DNA of 64,000 bases, from contig NIVC01003958.1 of the NCBI GenBank assembly GCA_002269645.1, positions 3,540-67,539 on the forward strand, given 5' to 3'. Positions 52,049 through 63,771 of this stretch are shown here, in pieces (within the stretch, counting starts at the first letter, position 1; the number at the start of each line of letters is the position of its first letter). The notes under the pieces were generated by a model. That model made no database searches and was not told the origin of the DNA. It worked only from the letters and a program-made list of their open reading frames with translations. The translations under genes were made by a program, and so were the position numbers. The DNA comes from Macrostomum lignano (lineage: Eukaryota).

Positions 52049-55000
52049 ATGACGATTCGGCGAGCGGCCGCTCGTCCCGCGTGGCTTCGCCGCTGGCTGC
52101 ACGCGGCTGCTGGGCTGCGCCATGCGGAGGTCATCAGCGGCAACCAGCAGTTCCCCCTCATCAGCCCGCAGCAGGTGCGCCAGCTGCTGCGCCAGGGAGC
52201 CGAGCGGCACACGGCTGACGTGGCCGGCTGGCAGGTCTCCGTGCACTGCAACCAGGTGCCCTGCAACCGGCCCGTGGAGGACAGGTGACGGCTGGTCTTG
52301 GTTTCACTTGAAATTTCTTTCAATTTGTGCGTCTCCTGACTCAACTGCCACTCGTGGGTCACCTGACTCAACTGCCACTCGTGGGTCACCTGACTCAACT
52401 GCCACTCGTGGGTCACCTGACTCAACTGCCACTCGTGGGTCACCTGACTCAACTGCCACTCGTGGGTCACCTGACTCAACTGCCACTCGTGGGTCACCTG
52501 ACTCAACTGCCACTCGTGGGTCACCTGACTCAAATGCCACTAGCGGGTCACCTGACTCAACTGCCACTCGTGGGTCACCTGACTCAACTGCCACTCGTGG
52601 GTCACCTGACTCGAATGGCACTCGTGGGTCACCTGACTCGAATGCCACTCGTGGGTCACCTGACTCAACTGCCACTAGCGGGTCACCTGACTCAACTGCC
52701 ACTAGCGGGTCACCTGACTCAAATGCCACTAGCGCGGTCACCTGACTCGAATGCCACTCGTGGGTCACCTGACTCAACTGCCCCAATCTCCAGACTGGCC
52801 GTCAGCCGCCTGCTGATTGGGCCTCCCGTGCAGTCGCAGGACGGTCCGCTGCTTGTCGGCGTCTTCGACGGGCACGCAGGACCCGCGTGCGCGAACTCCG
52901 TGCACCTGCGCCTGCCCGACTACCTGGCCGTGGCCATGGCCGACCCGCTGCGCCTGCACGACATCAAGGTGGCCGGACAGGCCCTCAGTCTCAACATTGC
53001 CAGGCTGCCCCACGGCCCGGAACTCGAGGAGGAGCTCGGCCGGCTGCACGACCAGCAGGTGCTGCGCCTGTTGTCATAGCAACTTACTAGCAACGCTCTG
53101 TCGCTGTTCTTCATTTTTAACTACACCAGCCTGCTGGATTCTTCGCTCCCTACCGCAAATCCTGTGCTGGATTCACCGCTCCGCAAATCCTGTGCTGGAT
53201 TCTCCGCTCCGCAAATCCTGTGCTGGATTCTCCGCTCCCTACCGCAAATCCTGTGCTGGATTCTCCGCTCCCTACCGCAAATCCTGTGCTGGATTCTCCG
53301 CTCCCTACCGCAAATCCTGTGCTGGATTCTCCGCTCCCTACCGCAAATCCTGTGCTGGATTCTCCGCTCCCTACCGCAAATCCTGTGCTGGATTCTCCGC
53401 TCCCTACCGCAAATCCTGTGCTGGATTCTCCGCTCCCTACCGCAAATCCTGTGCTGGATTCACCGCTCCGCAAATCCTGTGCTGGATTCTCCGCTCCCTA
53501 CCGCAAATCCTGTGCTGGATTCTCCGCTCCCTACCGCCCCATCCTGTGCTGGATTCTCCACTCCCTACCGCAAATCCTGTGCTGGATTCTCCGCTCCCTA
53601 CCGCAAATCCTGTGCTGGATTCTCCACTCCCTACCGCCCCATCCTGTGCTGGATTCTCCACTCCCTACCGCAAATCCTGTGCTGGATTCTCCGCTCCCTA
53701 CCGCCCCATCCTGTGCTGGATTCTCCGCTCCCTACCGCAAATCCTGTGCTGGATTCTCCGCTCCCTACCGGCTCCTCGAATTCCACTCTCCCTCTGCTTT
53801 CGCCCCTCCCCTCTTTAACCAGCCAGCCACCCGTACCGCAGCTGTCCGCCTTCACCTCGGAGACGCTGTCCATGAGCGAGCCGGAGCCGCTCGGCCACCG
53901 CCTGCGGGAGGCCATGCAGCGCCTCGACACGGACATCGGCGAGGCTGCGCAGCCCCGGCCAGGCGCCGCTGGCCTCAACCGCGCGCTGCTCCGCGTGGCG
54001 CTGTCCGGCTGCGTGGGCACCGTGGCGCTGCTGGAGCCGCCCGACCGCCTCCACGTGCTGCACGTTGGCGACTGCGCCGCCGTCCTCGGCCGCTGCCACG
54101 ACCAGCTGTGGTACGCGCACAAGCTCACCGAAGAGCACCGAGCCGACAATCCCGCCGAGCTCGAGCGCCTCATGCGCTCCCATCCGGTCAGCGAGCGCGA
54201 CTTCCTTGTCCGCTACGACCGCCTGCTCGGCGAGCTCATGCCGCTGCGCGCGTTCGGCGACATTCGCTACAAGTGGAGCGCCGACCTGCTGCGCACCGCC
54301 GGCCGCCTGCTGCAGCTGCCCGCCACCTACAACCCCGTGCCGCAGTACTACTACACCCCGCCTTACCTCACCGCCGAGCCCGACTTCGCCACGCAGCAGG
54401 TGACCTACGCTCATGTGACCCCCTCCTCTAATGTGACCCCCTCCTCTAATGTGACCCCCTCCGCTCATGTGACCCCCTCCTCTAATGTGACCCCCTCCTC
54501 TAATGTGAATCCCCCTCTAATGTGGTCCCCTCCGCTCATGTGACCCCCTCTAATGTGGTCCCCTCCGCTCATGTGACCCCCTCTAATGTGACCCCCTCGG
54601 CTCATGTGACCCCTCCTCTAATGTGACCCCCTCCTCTAATGTGACCCCCTCCGCTCATGTGACCCCCTCCTCTAATGTGACACCCTCCTCTAATGTGAAT
54701 CCCCCTCTAATGTGGTCCCCTCCGCTCATGTGACCCCCTCTAATGTGACCCCCTCCTCTAATGTGACCCCCTCCGCTCATGTGACCCCCTCCTCTAATGT
54801 GACACCCTCCTCTAATGTGAATCCCCCTCTAATGTGAATCCCCCTCTAATGTGGTCCCCTCCGCTCATGTGACCCCCTCTAATGTGACCCCCTCCTCTAA
54901 TGTGACCCCCTCCGCTCATGTGACCCCCTCCTCTAATGTGACACCCTCCTCTAATGTGAATCCCCCTCTAATGTGGTCCCCTCCGCTCATGTGACCCCCT

Positions 55001-55579
55001 CTAATGTGACCCCCTGCTCTAATGTGAACCCCTCTAATGTGACCCCCTCCGCTCATGTGACCCCCTCTAATGTGACCCCCTGCTCTAATGTGAATCCCTC
55101 CGCTCGTGTGACCCCCTCCTCTAAAACCCCTCCGCTCGTGACCCCTCCTCTAATGTGAACCCCTCCGCTCATGTGACCCCCTCCACTATGTCCTCCACTC
55201 ATGTGACCCATGTGTCTGCTGCTCCCCATCCTGGCAGATTACAGGCGACGACCGGTTCCTCATCCTGGCCTCCGACGGCCTGTGGGACCACCTGCCGCCC
55301 GAGGACGCTGTCGCCATTGTCGGAGCCGCCATCGACAGCGGCGCCTTCGGCATCGGCGGAGGCGGCGGCAGCAGCGGCAGCGACGCGGAAGAAGTCACGG
55401 AGAGCGGGCGCAGCGGCGCCAACCTTGCCACGCTGCTGGTGCGGGCGGCGCTGGGCGGGCAGAAGCGGGGAGACTCGGAGCCCTCGGAGGCGATGATCAC
55501 CCAGCTGCTGTCGGCGCCAGCCAACGTGGCCAGGTACTACAGGGACGACATCACCGTGGCAGTGCTGCTGCTGCACTGA
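52049..55579 (+). CDS. PDP1: Mitochondrial pyruvate dehydrogenase phosphatase catalytic subunit (PP2C family); exons 52049-52284, 52794-53058, 53842-54399, 55238-55579
   Basis: Arg-rich transit-like N-terminus, NQVPCNRPVEDR, VFDGHAG, VGDC, LMPLRAFGDIRYKW, TPPYLTAEP, LASDGLWD and RYYRDDIT. All phases are consistent. Confidence 0.93.
52335..52780. repeat. 27-nt minisatellite, PDP intron 1
   Basis: Unit CACCTGACTCAACTGCCACTCGTGGGT. Confidence 0.95.
53128..53770. repeat. 33-nt minisatellite, PDP intron 2
   Basis: Unit AAATCCTGTGCTGGATTCTCCGCTCCCTACCGC. Confidence 0.95.
54400..55210. repeat. About 18-nt minisatellite, PDP intron 3
   Basis: GTGACCCCCTCCTCTAAT and GTGACCCCCTCCGCTCAT units. Confidence 0.95.
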
Positions 55580-55677
55580 CGCAAGTTGTTTTCGTGCCAT
55601 TAACCTGCGTATTGACAGAAACTGTTGTAAAGTGAGCATTCACATCCAAAGCTTTGTTTTCAATTCAATTGATTGCT

Positions 55678-56516
55678 CCGCTGGTCTCTACTGACAGTAG
55701 TTTCGGGTGAAAACAACAGCCTATTTACAGTCTCTGCTGGTCTCTACTGACAGTAGTTTCGGGTGAAAACAACAGCCTATTTACAGTCTCTGCTGGTCTC
55801 TACTGACAGTAGTTTCGGGTGAAAACAACAGCCTATTTACAGTCTCTGCTGGTCTCTACTGACAGTAGTTTCGGGTGAAAACAACAGCCTATTTACAGTC
55901 TCTGCTGGTCTCTACTGACAGTAGTTTCGGGTGAAAACAACAGCCTATTTACAGTCTCTGCTGGTCTCTACTGACAGTAGTTTCGGGTGAAAACAACAGC
56001 CTTTTTACAGTCTCTGCTGGTCTCTACTGACAGTAGTTTCGGGTGAAAACAACAGCCTATTTACAGTCTCTGCTGGTCTCTACTGACAGTAGTTTCGGGT
56101 GAAAACAACAGCCTATTTACAGTCTCTGCTGGTCTCTACTGACAGTAGTTTCGGGTGAAAACAACAGCCTATTTACAGTCTCTGCTGGTCTCTACTGACA
56201 GTAGTTTCGGGTGAAAACAACAGCCTATTTACAGTCTCTGCTGGTCTCTACTGACAGTAGTTTCGGGTGAAAACAACAGCCTTTTTACAGTCTCTGCTGG
56301 TCTCTACTGACAGTAGTTTCGGGTGAAAACAACAGCCTTTTTACAGTCTCTGCTGGTCTCTACTGACAGTAGTTTCGGGTGAGACAACAGCCTTTTTACA
56401 GTCTCTGCTGGTCTCTACTGACAGTAGTTTCGGGTGAGAACAACAGCCTTTTTACAGTCTCTGCTGGTCTCTACTGACAGTAGTTTCGGGTGAAAACAAC
56501 AGCCTATTTACAGTCT
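55678..56516. repeat. 56-nt tandem repeat, about 15 near-identical copies
   Basis: Period 56, no spacers. Confidence 0.95.
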
Positions 56517-58381
56517 CTCCAAGATTTCAATTCACACCAAAAAGGCAGGTTGGCGCCGGCTCTTCGAAACGAATAAATAATCTGCTCGCTCTCCGTTGCC
56601 ACCCCGGCGCTCTGGCAAGGATTTGCTAAGAAGGATTTCCCCCTTTGTGCTTCTCTGCTTTCCTGTAATTTTTTTTTCACGTGCTCGCTAATCTCCTTAG
56701 CTATTCGAGGCTGGAATTCTGTATCCGGCTGCCTTGAATTTTGTCTGCTTTTTAGTTGCTTTTAGAGCAGCGGAGGCACTCGGCTGATTGCCGCCCCCCC
56801 GCAGAGGCCCCTGGGCCCGCACTCTGTCTGATAACTTTGCTTTATTAGCAACTTACCTAATTGTCCAACGCGGGGTCAGCTCTCTGTGTGCTCACGCTGA
56901 CTCTCAGTTCTCTCATACTGCTGGAAGTAGCCTGTCCGCTATGTTCCAGTGCCAGCCGCCTGCTAAAGTACAGATAACATCTTCACAGCAGTCTGTAATG
57001 TGTTGCCTGCATTGCTCATGTGCGCTGCCTGTTTTATAACTGTAAGTCTGCTCTGTCCGCCTACCCGCCTGTTCGTCTCATTCATTTTGTCTGCCGGCAT
57101 GAAATTAATAAATTAAAAAAAATGAAATATTAAAAATTCTTGTTTCTAGCTTGAAGATCCATATTTTAAATGCAATAAATGCTAATTTGAGCAATAAAAT
57201 TGTCTTGACTGATTATTTTACTAAGAGAGAGTTCATAGCCCGAGGCAAGGGTCAATTAGAGAAATCTCTCTACCCATTAGTCTGCGGGGGCTTCCCATCA
57301 GCGTCAGTTCTATTTTTTTCTGTACAGCCGGGGTCGCACCGGTTTTGGCCTGTATTGTTGCTATTCAATAGGTGCTGTGCGGCGGCACTGTGCTTTATGC
57401 TCACTCAGTTCCAAGTTGTGACGTCCAATGCAAAAATAGACACTTCAGGCACTCGGCTCGGTCGTCTGTGAGCGCTCTTAGATGGAGCTACGCTCGAACT
57501 GCTCGAACTGGTGTCTAAAATTAGATACTCGTCATGACTCGCAGTAAGATGACTCTGCCCAGCTGGCTGGCAGGCCCCATCACCCGCGCCGAGTCTCACT
57601 CGGGTGCTGCTGACGCTGCAGTCGCCCTGCCGGCGAGGACAGGCGCAAACTCTGCGTTTCGTCGAATGACTGGGAGGGAAATTCAGGCAGCTCAACTGAA
57701 AACGCGTCATTTGGGGTTGGTTTGTGCCCGAAAATCGACCGGTGGCTGTCTTGCGATTCACGCCAATGAGGGCCAGGTCACAAGGCACAGAACACATGCC
57801 TTACGATTAGAAAGTCAAGAGCCGCCGTACACCCTGTGTGAGCGAGTGCATGGGTGCGTGCTTGCGTACAGTATTAGCGGCCCTTGTATGTGCTCAGGAG
57901 TCAGCGGAATGGGCAGAATTGCCCCAGCGTACTGGTTGCGAGCCGGTGTCGCTGAAGGCGTTGCGCCTTGGAGCCCGCAGCCCCTCCTGCAGCAACATGT
58001 TAATGACGCCGCTCTGCGTCAGTTGATGCTCGCGCAACGGCTTAGTTAACAAGGCCTGAGTTCCATACAGACAAACTTTGCCTTCTCTTTTTAGTTGCAC
58101 TGACACCGTTTGGACGGCAGCTTCTAGTGGGTGTGTGGGTGCAATTTGGTTCGTGGGTGCAAATTTCCATGTTGAACTCAAATTCAGCAAAATGTTTCGG
58201 GTTGTCAGAGATGACAGGATTTGACAACATTTTGACATTGTATTTTAGATTAATAGCGGTAGAGAAGACGAAACGGATTAGGGAATAGTACAAGTGAGAT
58301 TGTGAGTCAAATCGCAGCCTCTGCAGCTGCATCTCGCAGGTGTTCAAGTTTATTTTTAACTCTCCAAAACAAATATTTGAG

Positions 58382-59280
58382 TCAGCGACGTCTCCACGAG
58401 TCCTGCGCAGCTCCCGCCCACTGCTGCCGCCCGCCCATGGTGACGTTGAGCCTGTTGTCGTCCCCGACGATGTTGAGCAGGCCTCCGTTCTGGTTCACCC
58501 CGCCGCAGTCCAGCAGGTCGGCTTCGCTGCCGCCGGCCTCCCTCCCCAGTCTGGACCGCGGGCCGCACGCCTCGACCGTCTGCTCGGTTCGCAGGCTGGC
58601 CATCGAGTTCCATCGGCCGTTGGGCTGGTGCTCGGGCCGGCAGAGCCGCAGCTCCGGCTGGGCCGCCGACTCCGCGGTGTTGACAGTCGCCGGATTCGCC
58701 CCGGCGCTGCTTCTGGCCGGCGGAATCGGCATCTGCCGGAACTCCCAGAACAGCGACTTCAGCTCCGCCAGGGCGAAACGCCGCGGCTTTGTCTCAACGC
58801 AGCTGAGCAGCTCCGCCTCCCTCTCCAGCAGCTCCTGCCGGGACTTCACTTTCCTCCGCTCCAGAAACTTCACGAGCTGCCGGTCCGTGTTGGCCGCCTT
58901 CAGCGAGTTTCTCCAGCGCTTCTTCGCCGGCTTTTCTTCGAGGGCCTCCTCCCAGCCGCTGCTGTAGGCGCTCTCGCCGCGGTTCCAAAGCTTGGCGTTG
59001 TCCAGCACCTTCAGGAGCTCGTTGTGGGAGAAGCGCTGCCTCCGAGACCCGGCTCGGTCGATGATGCTCTTGCGATGCTCGACCAGCTGCTGCACATCCG
59101 TGACCTGCTGCACCTCGATGAAGTAGTCCGCAGGCACCTGCGCGTTTTTTGTCTCTTAAAAAAGGTCACGAGATCCTGGCTGACCGGCCGGCTGCCGATT
59201 TCCGCATAGCCGCTCTCGCCTGAGACCCGCGGCAGTTGCGGGTTTCTGAGGCGGACTGGAAAATCGCTCAGTTCGGACAT
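58382..59280 (-). CDS. Family gene A: helical domain (probably two copies), linker and RHIM-like motif; one frameshift at T6 59145-59150
   Basis: Adding one base joins ORF 59280 (QDLVTFFKRQK) to ORF 59137. C-terminal QNGGLLNIVGDDNRLNV. Confidence 0.7.
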
Positions 59281-59565
59281 GATCGCCGAGATGGTTCGCT
59301 GCTTGGCTACGTGGCGGTTCTGAGTCTTGGCTGGCTGGCTGCTTCGTCATATTTTTATATCTTGGGTTCATTCCGCATTATAGTGCCTCCCCCTAAAATA
59401 TCTGTGACTAATAATACCCTCTAAGTGGGCTTTTGTTGTCACAATGTACAGTGCAGACTCGTGCACAATGCCCGGCATAATTTTGTATATTTAAAATAGA
59501 GCTGGCAGACAGATGCGCCTCCATAGTTTTGCCCAGAACCGCCGCTTCATCCAAGCAGCTCAGAG

Positions 59566-60474
59566 ATGAGTGACGTGAGTAGGGCGATTCAGTCCTGGCA
59601 GGGCGACGCGCGGGTGAAGAAGTTCATCATCAAGTCCTGCCCGAAGGGCGACAGCCTCGGCCAGTTCCTCCGGGATGAGAATCTGCGAAGTCTCAACAAG
59701 AAAATTGCCAAACAGAAAAATGCGAAATTCGCTATTAAAGATGTTGACGCGCGCTGTGAACCATCTCAGGGACAGCTGGGCTGCCAAGATGTCGCAAGCC
59801 GCACGAGCGGAGCCGGGCTACGATAGCCTCGCCGAATCCGGCGGCCGAGCGGAGTCGGGCTACGATAGCCTCGCCGAATCCCCCTGCCGCAGCTCAGCCT
59901 CTGAAGCCAGCGCCACCCAGACTTGCAGAAGCGTCTCCTCTCTGGCCAACCGGCCGCTGCCGCCAGTGCCATCAGAGCGGCGGGACTCCGACCGCGGCTA
60001 CCAGACTCAGTCAGGCAGCCTGTCTGATGAGGACTCGCAGGCTGCCGGAGCTGCAGCAGCCCTAGCTGCGACCGCGGAGCCGAGCGTCCAGCCTCCGCGG
60101 CCGCAGCCGAGACGCTCTGCAGTCAGGGTGAGTCACAATGATGCCGCGAGCAGCTCCTGCGGTGCCGCCGAGGCTGCCGAGCAGCTGGTGGCGGACTCTG
60201 AGCAGGACTCGGCTGGCCGCACCTGGTCGGAGGCCGCGGCAGTCAGAGCTCCGCAGCCCCGGCCGCGGCTCAGCTTGGCCCGTCGTTCCAGCGAGACTCG
60301 TGGCGGCGATGACGCGTCCAGCCTCTCGGGACCCGCCGCCACCGCTGCGGCCCCGCCATCGAGCGGTCGACGCCGGTCTGCCAGAACGGCTTCTTCAACA
60401 TCCACGGCGGCAAAAACGAGATCGATGTCGACCTGGAGGCTGTGAAAATGTTGATGGACTTCAAATCGAAATGA
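59566..60474 (+). CDS. Family gene B: helical domain, Tyr-motif linker and RHIM-like motif; frameshifts near 59743 and 60351
   Basis: MSDVSRAIQSWQGD...; GYDSL twice; terminal frame QNGFFNIHGGKNEIDVDLEAVKMLMDFKSK*. Confidence 0.7.
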
Positions 60475-61075
60475 TGACCTTCTGATTCATATTTTGCACT
60501 GCTCAATTGGTCATTTTTTCTCTGTAAAATGAAATAAAAACAATAAATCTTTTCGCGCGATATCTTTTCAAAAATATATTCGAATAACCTCATTGAAATA
60601 GTTGATCATCGTTTTTTTATTTCTGAGATCCGAATTGGATTGTAAAGTTTCTGTTGTCCTTGCATTTCGTTAACCTTGCCGTGCTGGCGCTGGCCTCGAT
60701 GCAGTAAGAGTTTGCAAAATAGTCAAGGCTATTTTTAGAAACCATTGTTGGGAATTTCAAACAGAAGAGCTAATAGTGTCTAATAGAGGCACAACCCTTT
60801 TGCCCAACCCAACCCAACCCTTCTGACCAACCCCAAATGTTTATTCAGGCACCTGACGTCAGGGCCTATTAGGTAGGTGCGAATGTCAAGGTACTTTTGT
60901 AATTTTTTTTTTATTCCTGACAATGTTTATTCGTGTTATTGGAACTGCGGCCTACGGTTCTGTGCTTATTAAATGATATGACAACCCGCAGCCAGCGGCT
61001 ACCTCGTATTAAATTTTTTTGCTCCTGATACACTTATAAATGCGCTGCAGACTTTCCAGTACTTAGCGCTCGGAC

Positions 61076-61806
61076 ATGCCAAGCCAGGTGGTCAGGAGAT
61101 TCGCTGCTGGCAGGGCGACCCAGCCGTCAAAAAGTTCGAGTCCGCCTGCTCGAAGTCGACCAGCCTGCAGGCGTTCTTCAGCGAGCGCAAGGATCAGCGA
61201 CTATTGAAGAAGTTCCACGATCAGAAGCCGCAGAAGTTCGAGCGCAACCAGCTGCTAGATGCCCTGCAGCACTCCGGAACTGCCTGAGTCAGCGGCAACA
61301 GCGCGAGAACGCCACCGGAAGCGCCGCCGGAAGCGCCGCCAGAAGCGCCGCCGGAAGCGCCGCCGGAAGCGCCGCCGGAAGCGCCGCCGGAAGCGCCGCC
61401 GGAAGCGCCGCCGGAAGCGCCATCGGAAGCGTCGAAACCGGCTACTGCAGCGTGAGCACCAGCTCAAGTCTTCCCTTGGACGCAGCTGCGACCCATCGCT
61501 CGGTGGGTGCCCGCGGCCTCCGTTCTCAGCCCGGTGGATCCGCAGCGGCCGAGCCTGTCTACGACGAGCTGTACCGCGCCGGCGGCTCCCTGCGGCACCA
61601 GCAGCTGTTGAAGCGCCGAAGCCGCGGTCTCGCGCCTCCCTGGCGACGCTGGCGCCAATCTGGTGGGCTGCGCCTCGCCAACTCCGCCGGTGCCGGCGCC
61701 GCGAGCCTCGAGTGACGCGCGCTGGCGGCAGAGCAGCGGCATCAATATTTCTATAACTTGTCCTGTCCAGCTGCAGACTGAGTGTTATCAAGGACGACTG
61801 AACTAG
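61076..61806 (+). CDS. Family gene C (about 4 apparent single-base deletions; gene or pseudogene)
   Basis: EIRCWQGDPAVKKF...KPQKFERNQLLDAL is clearly homologous to gene B. Also (GSAA)n, ETGYCS, EPVYDEL, APKPRSRASL and RQSSGINIS. Confidence 0.6.
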
Positions 61807-62490
61807 GAGGAAGAGACACTTAGAGGAAAATAGTAGTATTTGCAGCAGGACAGTCCACAACCAGTACGCTGGGGCAGTTCTGCCCATTCCGCTGACCCCT
61901 GAGCACATAGAAGTCCTGACTTTCTAATCATCAAGCATGTGCGCTCGTCTGTGCCTTTGGGGGGGGGGGGTTGGCCCTCATGGTTGTGAATTGCGCGAAA
62001 ACCATACACAAAGCCCCAAGTGAACGTGGCCAGGGTGATGCGAGGTCAGACGCCAAAATGATTTTACAAGGAGTGAATATTTCGCAGCCCGAATTCCAGT
62101 GGAATTTATTTATTCTTAATCTTCTACTTAAGCTGCTCTTAGCTATCATATCCCTGATTTTTTAAGCCAAATTATTAGAGTCAAATTCATCTTATTGACA
62201 GCCTGTCACCTCACGGTTCGTGTAAATCAATTGTTCAAGTATAGCAGATGTTGAATTGCCATGCAGTTTCATGCGATCTTGCCTGTCCCGTTTCAGATCT
62301 TTTCAGTAGTTTTTGCAGTTCATTTTTTTTCAATTTAAGCGTAGTTTTTTAGTTTTAATAAGGCACTTAGTAAGCCGCCCTTACTAGTCAGTGTCTAATT
62401 ATAGACCTATTGTACATTTAGTAATTTGCCGAGCGTACAGCCTAAAAATGCCGAGCGCTCTCCCTTACAGCCGCACCGACAGCCATCGCG

Positions 62491-63313
62491 ATGAGCTCAA
62501 ATGCGCTCTTTCTGATCGACATCGTCCGCGACTCGGGCGGCAGCCGGGAGGCCGGGAATTTCGTCATCAAGAACTTGCGAAGAACCTCACGGCGAAAGAC
62601 TTCCTGGACAAGAACTACAGCAGGCGGCTGTCTCGTCAGTTCGAGGCATCAAGAAACAGCCGTGCTCGCAGCGGGAGTTCCAGCAGCTCCTCGGCAAAAT
62701 GAGGCGGCTCAGCCAGGCCTCAGTGAGCGGCGGCGAGCGAGACTCCGCCTACGACAGCTCGACAATTTCATCCCGCGCCTCCAGTGCCAACCAGCTGGTG
62801 GCGGCAAAGGCGGCGGAGGCGGCGGAGGCGAAGGCGGCGGAGGCGGCCAGGCGGAGGCGGCCAAGGCGGAGGCAGCCAAGGCGGAGGCAGCCAAGGCGGA
62901 GGCGGCCAAGGCGGAGGCAGCCAAGGCGGAGGCGGCCAAGGCGGAGGCGGCCAAGGCGGAGGCGGCCAAGGCGGAGGCGGCCAAGGCGGAGGCGGCCAAA
63001 GGCAACTGGGAAGCCACGCGGTGGTGCAGCCGGCGCAGCGGCTCGGAGCTCCGCCGCCGATTCTGACGCCGGGCTCGGAGAGGCCCGGAGGCGAGCCGCA
63101 GCGGTTGGCTCAGCCGCGGCTGCCCACGGTGCCACGCAGGTGGCAGATCGGCAGCAGCCGCCGCCTCCGCCGCCGCCGCCATCCGCACCGGCACCTCAGC
63201 CGCAGCCGCAGCCGCAGCCGCAGCCGCAAGCGATCTTCAGGCCAGGCAGAGTCAGGCAGAGCGGTGCCATCAACGTCGTGGGCCACAGGACCAGCATCGC
63301 GGTGCGCGACTAA
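62491..63313 (+). CDS. Family gene D (about 5 apparent single-base deletions; gene or pseudogene)
   Basis: NFVIKNL-KNLTAKDFLD...RRLSR aligns with gene B KFIIKSCPKGDSLGQFLR...RSLNK. Also DSAYDS, (AAKAE)n and terminal RQSGAINVVGHRTSIAV. Confidence 0.6.
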
Positions 63314-63771
63314 GCGGAGATTTAAGGCCGGTGAACTGCGCTGTACATTAACTTTTCTGAATGCCAAACTGACATTAGCCTACTGACTGACCCTGTGTAC
63401 ATTATCCAGCATGCGAATAATAAATTTATGATCCGTTCGCTCACAGTATGTAAACTTCTTTTCTGTTGCAAACAATAGCTCTTGGTCCCGCCTTGCCGTT
63501 ACTTGAGGAGAGCATCAAAGCAGATGGGGCTCTACAGTGCAGTGGCAGCGCTAACGAGCTGCTCCGCTCAAGCTCAAAAACGGGAATCACCAAAGCCTCA
63601 GATTTTTAAAAAGTATCGCTTCGCACAAAGCACACCTGTCCTCCGCGTGCCTTTGTTCGCGCCAAGCTCCTGGAAACGTTGCGTTCAGACCCTGCCTGCC
63701 TCCTTGCCTGCTGCTCTCTTCACTGATAAACACGGCACCGATCTCGTTAGCTCAGACTGCCTTATGCTCTG

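Noticed and set aside
53164-54543. 459-aa ORF as a single protein
   Set aside because: Only 53842-54399 is PDP exon; the rest is intronic repeat.
55678-56516. CRISPR-like array with palindromic repeat
   Set aside because: No unique spacers, no cas genes, eukaryotic context.
58700-59280. Z-alpha (ZBP1-like) identity for the duplicated domain of gene A
   Set aside because: RQLVKFLE resembles Z-alpha helix 1, but the N-x-x-L-Y and P-P-x-W signatures are absent. Only the architecture is analogous.
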